Part shown: piece by piece, positions 26,500-40,232 of the stretch | Numbering within the stretch: position 1 is the first letter of the stretch | How the letters are laid out: the number at the start of each line of letters is the position of its first letter | Source of the DNA: Chrysomallon squamiferum | Taxonomy: Eukaryota > Animalia > Mollusca | Length of the DNA: 64,000 bases | NCBI GenBank assembly: GCA_012295275.1 | Contig: CM022676.1 | Span: 2,852,001 to 2,916,000 of the forward strand | Direction of reading: 5' to 3' | The notes under the pieces: model-generated | What the model was told of the DNA's origin: nothing | Seen by the model: the letters and a program-made list of their open reading frames with translations, nothing else | Database searches by the model: none | Made by a program: the position numbers and the translations under genes

Positions 26500-28700
26500 C
26501 GTTCTTTATTCATAAAGTGACACTGACATAAACTGTCATATGCTCTCAAAGGCACATACACAAAGACACAAACACAATCACATCCACATACACAACACAT
26601 ACACTCAAGCACAACGGAAAGGACTCATACAACAATACATTCATGATGCGCCTGCGCACGCAGTCACACGCGCACATTGGAACATACATAAACGAGCAGG
26701 ACAGACACAAACTTTCTATTACAGAAATGTATATAGACGGACTCATACTGGTGTACAAAGTTCTATACATTCTCTCACTCGCATACACATTGTGACACAC
26801 ATAACATTCACATACTCATACATTTTTACACTTTCACATACCATCAAATCTACTCATGTTATACATTCAAATACTATAGAACATAAATTCTCACATAGTT
26901 ACCCAAACTCACTTTAGATACGTAATATGGGTAATACTCGCATATTCTGACTCTCATATTCGTAAATATACTCACATTATACACATACACTTATATACAC
27001 ACTATGTCACACGCTCTCTCACATACACAAACATACTCGCTACACGCATTCATTCGAATATTCACATTGGCACATGAAGTCTTTCATTCTCTTTCATATA
27101 CTCACACTAAACACAAAACTCATTTACTCACTAGCACACGCTCAAAAAGTCTCTCTCACATACACATTTTACATACATACTATACACATAGACATAGACT
27201 CACGATCTGGCACACACCATTTCAAATATTCATACAATCATGTTCGAATACTCTTACATACACACAACATACGGAATCACACATACTCACACTATACACA
27301 TATCCTCACAACGTAACATTATCACATCCTATCATACACTCTATCACGTACACACTGAGAAAGTCACATTATCACACATACATTCTCACAATTGCAAAAA
27401 TTAGAATTAAGGGTGAAACGTATTTAAAAAGTAAACAAGGACAATCTATGATAAGACCTGTTCATTTGGTTACTACAAAAAATGTAAACACAGTTCATTG
27501 TCGTAACAGTTATAAAAATAATGCCTATATTTGCCTGTCCTTTTTTTTTTTTTTCTCTCTTTTTTTCTCTTCAATGAAACGGATGAATTATCTGCATTTG
27601 GACTAACCAGCATTTATATCCGAACTGACCTGTTTTCTACTGTCAGATATTTTCATATTTTCATTACGGAGACACACACTATTTCTCGATCTTTATTCAT
27701 AAAATGACATATGCTCACATATACACAAACACAACGGAAAGGACTCATACAACAATACAATCATGATGCGCACGCAGTCACACGCGCACATTGGAACATA
27801 CATAAACAAACAGGACAGACACAAACTCTCTATTACACAAATGTGTATACACGGACTCATACTGGTGTACAAAGTTCTATACATTCTCTCACTCGTGTAC
27901 ACATTGTGACACACTTTCACATACTCATAATTGTTTACACTTTCATATACCCTCACGTATATCACATTACACACATGATTTCAAATACTCACTCTGGTGC
28001 CTAAACTCTCACACACTCACTTTGCATACGTATATTCGTATACTCAGTCTATCAATATCAGCAGCTGTGTATGTGTATAGTATGTTTATATGTGTAAAAT
28101 GAATATGTGATAGTGAGCATTTGAGCGCATGCTAGTCAGTAAATGAGTTTTGTGTTTAGTGTCAGTATATGAAACAGTATCAGAGTCTTCAGATACTCAG
28201 TCTGGCGCATAAACTCACACACTCACACATAACTGAGTTTGGATACGTATATTCATATACTCTGACACGTAAATTCTCTCATATTCGTAAATACACTCAC
28301 ATTATACAAATACATTTATATACACATTGGCGCATGCTCTCTCACATACACAACTATACACGCTACAGACATACATTCAAATACTCACTGTGGCACATAA
28401 AATCTCTCGTACCTTTCATATACTCACACTAAACACAAAACTCATTTACTGACCAGCATACGCTGAAATACTCACTCTCACATATACATATTACACAAGT
28501 AAACATACTAAACACATACACACATAGACTCACGCTCTGGCACTTACACATCCAAATATTCAGACAATCATATACGAACAAAAACATACACAGAACATAC
28601 GCAATCACACATATTCACACTATACACATATCCGAACAAAGTCACATTATGAAACATACATTCTCAAGATTGTAATAAACATAGATTCACTATTTAGAAG
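26500..28700. repeat. CA-rich complex repeat, locally duplicated; paralogs ~41880-43010 and ~56400-57400
   Basis: 26410-27390 is largely repeated at 27600-28670 (e.g. GGACTCATACTGGTGTACAAAGTTCTATACATTC twice). Confidence 0.8.
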
Positions 28701-28724
28701 AGTATGCTGTGATGAAAAGAAGTA

Positions 28725-28935
28725 TATATTGTGATAATAAAGTATATATGTTGTAATATTAAAGATGTATCTGTCGTGGTCATAAAATTGTATCTATTGT
28801 GGTAATAAAGATGTTTCTGTTGTAGTAATAAAGTCGTATCTATTGTGCTATTAAAGATGTAACAATTGTGGTAACAAAAATGTTTCTGTTGTAATAATAA
28901 AGAGGTTTATGTTGCGGCAATATAAACGTATCTAA
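28725..28935. repeat. 23-bp minisatellite TATTGTGGTAATAAAGATGTATC
   Basis: Degenerate tandem units; longer copy at 57450-57795, short copy at 43020-43100. Confidence 0.85.
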
Positions 28936-28944
28936 TGAGATATT

Positions 28945-29260
28945 AACAGAGCTAAGGTTCATCTGACCCAGGGTTAGATTCCACCTACTGAACTGTAGGG
29001 GACAGGTTATTTATTACCAAAGGATTCCGCTCCACCCTCGGGGCCGAAGGGGAGTGGTTCAGCCCGCTTACGAATTTCGCCGAGGAGGCTGGTTTAATTA
29101 GGGCAAATACAGTTTGTGAAGCTTGGCTCTTGGCCACTCTCTGATTTAAACGCCAGGAGGGTGTAAAGGCAGCCAATAATGTGTACAACGTTGTCACTGA
29201 CGAGCCACATACTCTAAGATGAGGACAGTCAGTATATCTCCAGGGGGTCCTTCAGTATCA
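28945..29260 (+). mobile_element. GC-richer interspersed repeat of unknown family
   Basis: Near-identical copy at 57812-58125 and a diverged inverted copy at ~43610-43945; contains CCCTCGGGGCCGAAGGGG. Confidence 0.55.
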
Positions 29261-29368
29261 GTTTTAGTCAGCATTAATAATTGGTTTGTAATCATTAATT
29301 TCATGTGTTTTTCTTTTACAATATACAAAATAATGGTTAAGTGTATAATACACTAAAGAAAATATTCC

Positions 29369-29686
29369 ATGTTTATAAATGAAGCTGTCCACGATAGAAC
29401 TGGAGCTGAACCCACACCGCGTGTAGTACAGACAGACTTTGAGGTGGCTGCTATCCAAGCTGCTCAAGAGATGTACCCAGACGCCGAGATCAGAGGATGT
29501 TTTAATCAAACTGTGTGGAGGAAAGTCTCAGAGAAAGACCTTGCAGTCGAGTACAGGAACAACCCTGATCTACTCCGCCGTGTTCGTAGAGCCGCTGTCT
29601 TGTCACTACTCTTATTCAACCAAGTGCAGAACGTCGTGAACGACACATCAGACATTCCAAGGCTAGAGCAGTTCAACGACTACATC
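29369..29686 (+). mobile_element. MULE (Mutator-like) transposase fragment
   Basis: VQTDFEVAAIQAAQEMYPDAEIRGCF-NQTVWRKV matches the MULE DFE...GCxFH..Q..WRK motif with internal deletions. Confidence 0.8.
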
Positions 29687-29989
29687 AGAGAGAGAGAGAG
29701 AGTTTCAAAAATATATAGTTAAGTCAACAGTCTTTATTACGTTGTCTAATTATTTGGTAAGGATAAATTACTGTCTGCTGAAATGCAGTTATATAAAATA
29801 TCCATTACCTGTATGATCGTGTATGTGGCTGGCTCATTATCGGATAAGTATATAATATTTGCCTTCAAAAATGTATCCATGCATCATGATCAAATTGCAG
29901 CATTTATGTTTAAACAATGACTTCTTTGATACATTTACCAGGCACGGTTGACTTGAACAATGTGAAGCTTTGGGAATGTTTTTTAATTC

Positions 29990-30135
29990 CATAATCAAAC
30001 AACATATCCTGTCAGATTCTCACTTACGGTCACGTGAATCACAGTCACCACATGACAACATCGCAGCTCCGAGTGATCGAACTCGCGACCTTTCAGTTAT
30101 ACGTCCAGCGATAGAACAACTGCACCATCATGGAA
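29990..30135 (-). mobile_element. tRNA-derived SINE head and body fragment
   Basis: Minus strand TGGTGCAGTTG (A-box-like) ... GCGAGTTCGATCAC (B-box-like); second copy at 59020-59165. Confidence 0.6.
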
Positions 30136-30192
30136 AAATAACGTATTTGTATTTGACTAACTGTTATGTAATTTTATTTCATTTTATTTATT

Positions 30193-30260
<68 letters not shown>

Positions 30261-30489
30261 GCCAAATGAAAATGAAAGAACAACAAAAACTATTAAGAAG
30301 AGTAAATAAAACTAAATAAACCATTACAGTTACTACAACAGCTACAACTAAAACTACTTCTACTACTTGTACTAATCATAAGTACTGTTGCAATAATTAC
30401 GGCTGGGGGGGGGGGCTCAGAACAAAACAATAGAAAAAACAAAACAAACAACACAAATACAACAACAACAGAAAAGCAATGATTAATAT

Positions 30490-33186
30490 CACCTGAATAA
30501 ACTGTCAGTACTTATTATTATTATGAAAGCTCATTATAAATATTATGCTCAGTATAGATTTTTAATTTCATTACCGAAAACGTAACACAATTTTGTGAAA
30601 CGCGTATTAATACTTTTACGATCGATGTATAAGAGTTATCTTCTTTGAAACAAGTAGCTCATTAAAAGCAGGTCAGAATCCGAGTGAATACTTTCAGAAA
30701 CAAAAATTCTCAACTACATTAATAATTAGGTGAAATGTACGTACACTGAAACCCACAACTTGTGACCTTCATTGCTCAGTTCAGACGGAATCAACGAAGA
30801 TCAAACTAATCGTATTTGATAGAGTTTAGAGAGCCCAAGACACTCGTTAACCAAAAAAAGTTTAACTTAGGAACTCCAAGTTTTATCGACAATATAGGTC
30901 ACCCGTGAATTATACTGAACCCTATCAGTTCTTATATGGATATAAGGACAAAGTGGTTCAGTATAGAGAATTCCGAGTATCCTTTGTACATTCCATTTTC
31001 AATACATTATGTTTCTAAATGAGACTGCTGCAAGATAGAATTATAAAAATAAAAAGGAAGGAAGGAATGAAAATAGGATGTTCATTGTGTCAGTTATGTT
31101 GTCCAGATCGTCATTTAAACTGATCGACATCTTTGATCGCAGCATATCTGACTGTGTCAACTCGGAAGTCAGTTCAGTGTCCATCCTCATCTCTGACGCT
31201 GTTTTGAAGTTGTGTATCTGGCTATTTACGGCTCTGTAGAAGGATCGACAATGCTGATTTGTTGTACTAGTTTCAAAGAGGTGAGAGGGACATTAACAGT
31301 TCTACTGTCGGGTGTTTGTGGCGCACGGTGCTCTTCTCTCTGGGATCACGACTCACAGTCTATATTTTTATGTTCGGGAATTTTTATTTACGGATTCAGG
31401 CGGAGCACAGTACTGTTCAGGTTCGACAGTTTTGTTGCTGTCACCACGATGTTGACGTCTCTGTGACGAGGAGTTCTGTTGTTCTGTTGTATCTGAACGT
31501 TCCACTTCAGATCTGACTACAGCTGCACAACCCGCATCTGACCAGACCTTTGAGTTGAAGACCAAAATGCCGCTACATTTCGACGGTGGTTGAATGTAGG
31601 GACCGCGTGTTGTTTCAGTACTGAGTACTAGACATAAAAATACAAACATGTTGTTTTTCTGACAGGGCGTGAAATTGAACTTTCATCGATGCAAAATGCA
31701 ATGTTATAACCTAACCTACAAATGTAATATCCTACATAACCATCTATATACCCATCAGCTTTACACACCTACACAAATAGCAAAAATTTACATTTACAGG
31801 GCGAAATCAGATTTGTCATCATTTTCGCGTCGGTTCGTCTTCCACTATCTTTAATATCACAAAATACACGATGAAAACCGAGATATCACACAGTTACATT
31901 TCGAAACCTAATTGTCTGTTTAAAACAAATACAGTGAAATCTTGGTTATATGTTGTATGTATGCAATGTATATTGGATGTATATAATGAATACAGGGGAG
32001 GATTAGGCTTTAGATAATGAGGATTTGCGAAACACATAACTAAATGTTTCTAATTTGAAATTATAAAGTTGACACTGTTTATGTTTGTTGCCATATCCAC
32101 TGCATCTGCAAACCGAGGTGTGAAGCTGACATCTAGTTCAGCTAAAATATCATTCAACGTTTCAGAGCGTCCACAGATAGATATCAGTTCTATTTCTTTA
32201 TTTTATTTCTTTTATTAGTAACTGGGAAAACCCCAGAAGCCGCCCCTACAGTAAAGAATATATGAAATCGCTTTGTCACGTAGTACAGTGACCTAGTTAA
32301 CAATTATTATCAAAACAGTCAGAAGACTTCGCTACAACAACAACAGTTCAACAACAATAATAATAATAATAATAATAAAAGTAAATAAACAACAGTAGTA
32401 GATAGAATAAAATAAAATAAAATAATGGCGGAGGGAAAAATAAAATAAAAAAATTATTCTGGACAAGAAAAAATAATTTAATTTAAAAGAAAATAAAAAA
32501 AAAAAAAAAAAAATGTCTAAATAAACTGCGAATTTTTTAATTACTTTAAATTTGTAATTTCTTTATCAAGAAAAATAATTTTGTCGAAGGTTTCTTAATA
32601 CTTTAACGAATAAGAGTTATCTTCCCTGAAACACCTAGATAACGAAAAGCAGGTCAAAGTTCGCATGGATAACTTTTAAAAGTAAAAATTCTTAATTGCC
32701 TTAATAATTATGTCAATCACAAAGTGATTTTTTTTAATTTAGTTTTCATAAAATAAAATTAGGAATAAATGCAGATGATAACTACTACTTATCATTATTT
32801 CTAAAAGAGTTAATTTGAAACTGAAAGTAGCATTTATTGCTTTCTTTTCCTTGAAAAAAGTTAGATGAATACTTGGAAGTAATTTACATACAGGACACAC
32901 TGCTGAAGGTGACGTTTCTAGAAGGTAAGTTTTTCTTTTTGTTAGAAACTAAGATTTTTCTTATTATTGAGTTTTCTGTAGAAACACTTCGAAACCTGGT
33001 AGTCTGTTTAAAACAAATACAGTGAAATAGTGGTTATTTGTTGAAGGTATGCTGTGTGTTTTGGATGTATACATAAAGAATAGAAATATCTGTAAACGAT
33101 TTTACCACGTAGCACTGTGACCTAGTTAACAATGATATCAAACTTTACCTTCGAGAATGTTCGCCGCTAAGATATCAGAAAACAAG

Positions 33187-33232
<46 letters not shown>

Positions 33233-33375
33233 CCAAAAAATAAATAAATAAATGAAAATAAAAATAAAAAATAAAAAAGAGAACTACAACAGCAACAACA
33301 AACAAACAAAAAAAAAAAAAAAAAGTCCTAATTAAACTGACATTTAGACATGGTACCTCTGAGCATTACGCTGAA

Positions 33376-33442
<67 letters not shown>

Positions 33443-35065
33443 TAGAAATAATAACAAAGAAACGCCACCATCTAAAAAGCTACAATATAACAAAAACCAC
33501 AAGAATAAATAAAAAAAACACAAAAAAAAAACCTCTGGAACATCTGAGTTTACTCACTGAAAATAAATATTTAATTTTATTATCCACTCCGACGGAGACG
33601 ACATTCTCCTCTTCAATTTACTCACCGCACTTTTCTGAAGACGACATTACTAGAAGGTAAGTTTTTCATTCTGTTATAAAGAAAGAGTTTGCTTATTACT
33701 GAGTTTTCTTTAGAAACATTTCAAAACGTAACTGTCAGTTTAAATCAAACACAGTGAAATCTTGGTTATGTGTTGAATGTATGCAATGTGTATTGGATGT
33801 ACATGTAATGAATACAGGGTAAGATCAGTCTTTACATAAGGAATGTTTGCGAAACAATAACTAAATGTTCCTAATTTGAAATTATAAATTTTACACCAAA
33901 TCCACTGCATCAGCAGACCAAAGTGTGAAGTTGACATCTAGTTCAGCTAAAATGTCATTCAGATCTTCAAATATACAGAGATATCAGTTTTAGTTATTTA
34001 CTTTATTTCTTAGCAACTTGGAAACACCCCATAATCCGCCCCTAGAGTAAAGTGTTTGAGATCGAGTTTGTCACGTACTACAGTGACCTAGTTAACAATT
34101 ATTATCTAACTTTACCTTCGAGAAAGGTCGCCGCTATGATAATAATAATAATAACAATCATAATAATAAAGAGAATGAGAAAAGTAATAAAAATAAAATA
34201 ATATAAAGTAAAATTAATGGAAAAAAGTCCAACAAAAGACCCCTTCCACATCGAAAAAAAACGAAATAAAAAACGAAAAAAGAAATAAATAAAACATAAA
34301 AAAGAAAAAAGAAATAAAAAAGAAAAAAGGAACAATCGAAAAGAAGGGAAGAAAAAAATATTAAATTGAAACAATTAAAAATTAAAAGAAATTAAATAAA
34401 GAATAAATTATATTTAAAAAAATTAAAAAACCCAAATTATCTGAGTAAACTATCAACTATAACACGGCAGATCTGAGACTATTCTGGATATAAATATTTA
34501 ATTTCATTACCAAGAAAAATAATTTTGTCAAAGGGTTCTTAATGGTTTAACGATCAATGTGTAAGAGTTATCTTCCCTAAACGTCTAGATCACAAAAAAT
34601 GGGCCAAAGTTCGGATGGATAACTTTAAAAAAATAAAACTACTCAATTACCTTAATAATTCTTTCAATGTTAAACTCATTCTTAATTTAGTTTTCACAAA
34701 ACGAATTTAGGAATAAATTAAGATGATAACTAGAACTTATCATTATTTCTAAAAGAGTAAGTTTAAAATTAAAAGTAGTATTTAGTGTTTGGTTTTCCTT
34801 GAAAAAGTCAGATCTTTACTAGGCATGAATTTACAAACAGCTGAAGGTGACGTTTCTAGAAGGTAAGTTTTTCTTTTCGTTAGAAACAAAGATTTTTCTT
34901 ATTACTGATGTTTCGTAACGTAATTGTCTCTTTAAAACAAATGCAGTGTAATAGTGGTTATTTGTTGAAGTTTGTATACTAAAGAATACTGAATGTATCT
35001 AATGATTTTTGTCACATAATACAGTGATCTTGTCATAAATGTTTATAAAAATGTACCTTCGAGAA
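30490..35065. repeat. Upstream module array 4 (interrupted by a foreign segment at 30730-31890)
   Basis: A cores near 30631, 32613, 34564; B cores near 32119, 33924; end motifs near 33150, 34117, 35058. Confidence 0.85.
30730..31890 (-). other. Foreign, coding-like degraded segment inserted in a module
   Basis: Higher GC, acceptor-like ATGTCTAG at ~31630 on the - strand with a broken S/T/E/Q-rich frame; internally deleted paralog at 59782-60490. Confidence 0.4.
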
Positions 35066-35078
35066 AATGCACCGTTAT

Positions 35079-35127
<49 letters not shown>

Positions 35128-35240
35128 TTAATGAGGGTAATAATAAAGCAAATAATACAAAAAATTTATGATGATGATAATGATGATGTTGATGATTATG
35201 ATAATGATAATAATATTGACAATAATAATAATAATAATAA

Positions 35241-35271
<31 letters not shown>

Positions 35272-35761
35272 ATGAGGAAGAAAATGAACATTTAAATGAT
35301 AAGTAAATAAACAAATTAAAAAGTTATTTATTAATTTTAATTACAGGGAGAGATGAGTCGGGTAAAACAAAGAAAAGGGGAAAGATTAGAATAATATTAA
35401 AAAAAGTCTTTATTTAGCTACATTTATATTCTATATTAGCACACTCCAGAAAACATAAATACATATGTATATACACACCCGTAAAGACACACACACACAC
35501 ACACACACGCACACACACACACACACACATCATGACAACAAATGAAATAAAGTTTCCAGTAGTACCGAGTTCGTTTTATTGTTACGACAAAGAAAAAAGA
35601 AAAAGCAAAGAAAAAGCTACAGATTAACAATAGCAGCTCTTTGTGCAGTTCATCTGTTGTATGCAAGAAAATTGTAAAACAAGTCTACAAATAAAAGCTT
35701 GGTTTATGGTTAACGTGACCGTGAACATGTGTGTCGCTGATGTCGTTATCACGTAAAGCTG

Positions 35762-35879
<118 letters not shown>

Positions 35880-36024
35880 CTCTCTCTCTGTCTCTCTCTC
35901 TCTCACGTACACACGCACGCACACAGACAGACACTAAGAAAGATAGACACTTCTTTTGTTTACTTACTTTAAAATAAATATTCATTCTTTGTTGTTACCA
36001 TTTTATTAATTCAGTGATAACAAA

Positions 36025-36341
36025 ATGGCTGCAGCAGAAGCTGATACTGTGGATGACGTAGCCACCACTCGAGAAGCAGAAGTAAGAAATACTTCCGGTT
36101 ATGCAGATAACTGGCAACATGAACGAACTATCATTGAAAGTCTCCGATATTCTCTCAAAGAAAACATTCTCTGTGACGTCACATTCATTGTCGGAGAGGA
36201 CAGGACACGTATCCAAGCTCACAAGTTGATACTCAGTCTGCGCAGCCGTGTGTTTCAGGCCATGTTGACAGGAGAGTTGAAAGAACAGGATGATATTGTA
36301 ATCCCAGACACTGTAGCAGAACATTTTCAGTCGTTTTTAGA
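36025..36341 (+). CDS. BTB-BACK-PHR protein copy 4, coding exon 1
   Basis: BTB motif, phase-2 donor GA|GTAAGA; splices in frame to 36871 (445 aa total). Confidence 0.9.
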
Positions 36342-36404
36342 GTAAGAAATTAGTGTCCAGTTTATTTGATTTTTTAGAAGATTTATTTATTTATTTATTT
36401 ATTA

Positions 36405-36473
<69 letters not shown>

Positions 36474-36639
36474 TTATCTTATGATAATGCCTACAGAGAT
36501 ATCTATTATATGCATATAAGTGTCTATGTATGTGACCATGTATGTTTTTGTGTATGTATGTTAGTACGTGCGGGAGCATGTGTGTATGTATGTAATGTAA
36601 TTTATCAGTAGAAATGTATCTTGTCCGTATGAATATGTT

Positions 36640-36685
<46 letters not shown>

Positions 36686-36870
36686 TTATCCATCTATGAC
36701 ATTTGTATGTATATATTTTTGGGCATGTATTTATGCATTCTTCTATGTGTATGTGTGCTGAGTTATGTGTAAGTAAGTATGTAGGTATGTAGTTACATAT
36801 GTATGTATGTATATTTGTGTGTTTGTGTGTGTGTTTATTTATCTAAAAAAAATATATATATATTTTGCAG

Positions 36871-37891
36871 ATTTCTTTATACTGATGAAACGGACTTTAA
36901 AGACGACAACGTCATCGGATTGTTGTACCTTGCCAGGAAGTATGACGTCATTCATCTAGAAAAGAGATGTCTTAACTACACTGAAACAGAAATGAAGACA
37001 AATAACGTATGCGTCCTATTGGAAGAAACTCACACGTATACGCAAGACGATTCCATGGAAACATGTCTGAAATATATTTGGCGAAATGGAAAAGCTGTAC
37101 TGAATTCAGAGAGTTTCACAGATCTCTGTCGTGAATGTTTTAGAAAGATAATTGAATCTGATGATCTGAACGCCACTGAGGAGACAGTTTTTCAGTCATG
37201 CATGAAATGGAGTGAAGCTGAGTGTAGACGAGAGGAAAAAGAAATAACAGCAGAAAACCAACGTGAAATGCTAGGGAAAGAGCTGTACCTCATTCACTTT
37301 CCTCTTGTCGAGAGAAAATATTTTGAAGAGACGATTCTGCCCGCAGATCTTTTGTCTGAATCTGAAGGATTCAAAATAATGCGTTCCTATGTCTACCCAG
37401 AGAAAGATATTTCAGGTTTCAGCAAAAGACGCAGAGTTGGTACAAAGAAAAAGTTAATCAAAATTGAAAGATTCGAAGATATGTTTTTCCTTGGTGTCGA
37501 TGATCATTATTTCTGGAGCTCTGATACGATAACATTTTCTTTAAACATGAATGCATTTTTGAAAGGCTTTAGTATTCTCAATTTTGAAAGAAAAAGTAAA
37601 GAATTTTCAATCAAAGCCAATGTTTGTGAAGTTTCGACAGATGCGATTGTGCCAGGATCTTCAGTAGAGCAAAAAGTCGAGATGTTTAATGTTGCTATTG
37701 ATTTTGCAAGTCCTTTAGAGATAAAGAAAGACACACAGTATAAACTGAGTGTTAAAACTCAAGGAAGAGTTAGATGTAAAACAGTGAACAGACAAGGTGA
37801 GATACGTGAAGGCTTTCTGAAGTGTACGTTATTAGGTGAGGAAAGAATTTCTGCAAGAAACTTTATATCGCGGTTAATATTCCTCGTGTGA
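36871..37891 (+). CDS. BTB-BACK-PHR protein copy 4, coding exon 2
   Basis: TTTTGCAG|ATTTCTTTAT acceptor; open to ISRLIFLV*. Confidence 0.9.
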
Positions 37892-38410
37892 ATTTGATTT
37901 ACATTATATTTATAAATGTATTATTGTTGTAACAATCAGAACAAGAAAGAACATGACTTCAACTGACTGAGAAAAACAACGTGGGTTAACGTTTTATAAA
38001 TGAACTTTGTAGCGATAATTTCAGCTGTTGTTTTAAATAATAGTATTATTACTGATTTCATTCTCTCATAATATATGACTGTTTGTGCAATTACTTTGGA
38101 AATGTTTATGATAGTAACATGATTTCTGTGTGTTTTAATCATGGTTTTACAATTGTTTTTGCTTTAAGTCGGATTCCGGGATAGTTCGAAGAATCAAGGG
38201 AAATCACTCTGGGATAACAGGACAACAGATTTCAATAGAGTTATTAATTTAATTTAATTAAATTAATTAATTAATTAATTTATTTATTTTTTATTATTCT
38301 TTTTTATCTCAGGTTCGGGAGAAACAAGTTATTTTTATTTTTAACGAGTGCTAAGACAAGAATTTGTCCGCTGTTTTCTATTTCTAATTTTACTCCAGAT
38401 TATATATAAT

Positions 38411-38689
38411 ACAGATGCGATGGTGCGAGGATCTTCAGTAGATAAAACAATCAACCTGAATAGTTTAGATATTCATTTCACAAGTCCTTTAGAGCTGAAG
38501 AAAAAAACAAAGTACAAACTGATTGTTCAAACTCGAGGAAGAGTTACATATAAGACAATGAACAGACAAGGTGAGATACGTGAAGGCTTTCTGAAGTGTA
38601 CATTCTGAGACTACAAATCAAGTTCTCACAGTTCTAAATCATATCAATCTAAAACAAACTTGATATCTCGACTAAAATTCCTCGTTTGA
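38411..38689 (+). pseudogene. Orphan C-terminal half of PHR exon
   Basis: TDAMVRGSSVDKTINLNSLDIHFTSPLELKKKTKYKL..GFLKCTF*DYK..LISRLKFLV*; in-frame TGA where paralogs have TCA; followed by its own 3' flank copy. Confidence 0.8.
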
Positions 38690-40232
38690 ATGTGATTTAT
38701 ATTATATTTATAAAATGTTACTACTGCTTCAATCATACATAGTCTATTCAGATATAAATCATATTATTAATAGCTGTATTATTAGTAATCTCTGTATACA
38801 CAAACATTCATAAATACACATATATACACATATACACACATAAACAGACCAGCAGCTCAAAACAACAACAAGACAAAAAATGTTATAAGAATAATTTGGA
38901 AGTTTGAAAAATAGAAATGGAAAACTTACGGATGAGGAATTTCACTTTCGTTTCGGTAGAAAATTATTATTTTACATTCAGAAGAAGAAAGAACTTGACT
39001 TAACTGACTGAAAAAAAGCCAGGATTAACTTTTTGTAAACTAACTTTGCAGTGATCATTTTAATTATTGTTTTAGATAATAGTTTTATTATTAATTTTAT
39101 TGTCTTATAATTTATGACTGTTCTTGTGTTACTTTGGAAACATTTATCATAATAACGTGTCATCTGTGTGTTTTAATCATGTTTTTACAAAATTGTTTGG
39201 TTCATCTCCGATTCCGGGTCAGAGCGAAGAATCAAGGGAAATCACTGAGGGATAACAGCACAACTGATTTCTCCAGAGTTACATGCTATTTATTTATTTA
39301 TTTATTTAGAATTATTTTTAATTTACTTTTATTCGGGAGAAACATGTTTTATGTATTGTCAAAGAGTGCCGAGAAAAGATTTTCTGTACTGTTTTGATTT
39401 ATTGTTAATTTTTAAATTTCTTTTTTATTTATTTCTTGACTCTGGATTATAATATTTTTGATCGATAAGGATATTAATTATATTTGCGAATATAAATTTG
39501 GTTTTTAATAAATAACTATTTTATTTTAAAAATTATATTTAAATGCCAGTTTATATTTATAGGCAATAATATAATTATATTTGTTACTTTTTAAAGATTA
39601 GGATTCAGTAAATGTTTGTATAGATATATTTGTGTTTTTTAGATAGATGGATAATGTAATCATAATGTATTTTGAAAACACACGTTTTTAATTTTTACTT
39701 ATTGATATTTTCAAATTACTTCTGTTCAGAAGAAGTATTTTTATTTTGTTAAAGAGCTCTGAAAAAAGTTCTACATTGTTTTATTTTATTTTTAATTTTA
39801 AAAAATTTGATTATTATTATTTTCGTGACTCTTGATTTTAAGATTTTTGATTCCTAAGGTAACTGATTACACGTGCAGTTCAGAAACGTGTGCGTGTGTG
39901 TGCGTGTGTATATATATATATGTCTGTAACATAAAATATTATACTATCCTATACTATCCTATACTATACTAAATTATAGTACTGTACTATTCTGTACTAT
40001 GGTATATTATACTATGCTATACTGTACTATACTATATTATACTGTGCTACGCTGTGCTATACTATACTACACAATATTATACTATACTATGCTACACTAT
40101 ACTATATTATACAATACTATTAAACTATTTATAGACAATAATATAATTACATTTGTTGCTTTTTAAAGCTTAGCATTCAGTAAATGTTAGTATACATATA
40201 TTTGTGTGTTAGAGAATGTAATCATATTTCTA

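Noticed and set aside
29195-29235. Hammerhead ribozyme (CTGACGAG)
   Set aside because: No stem II followed by GAAA; motif not kept in the 43.6 kb copy
30060-30135. Functional tRNA gene
   Set aside because: A/B boxes are present but no convincing acceptor stem or cloverleaf; treated as a SINE head
32905-33165. MITE bounded by TTCTAGAAGGTAAG / TTTACCTTCGAGAA inverted repeat
   Set aside because: No target-site duplication, and it always occurs within the same larger module rather than at independent sites
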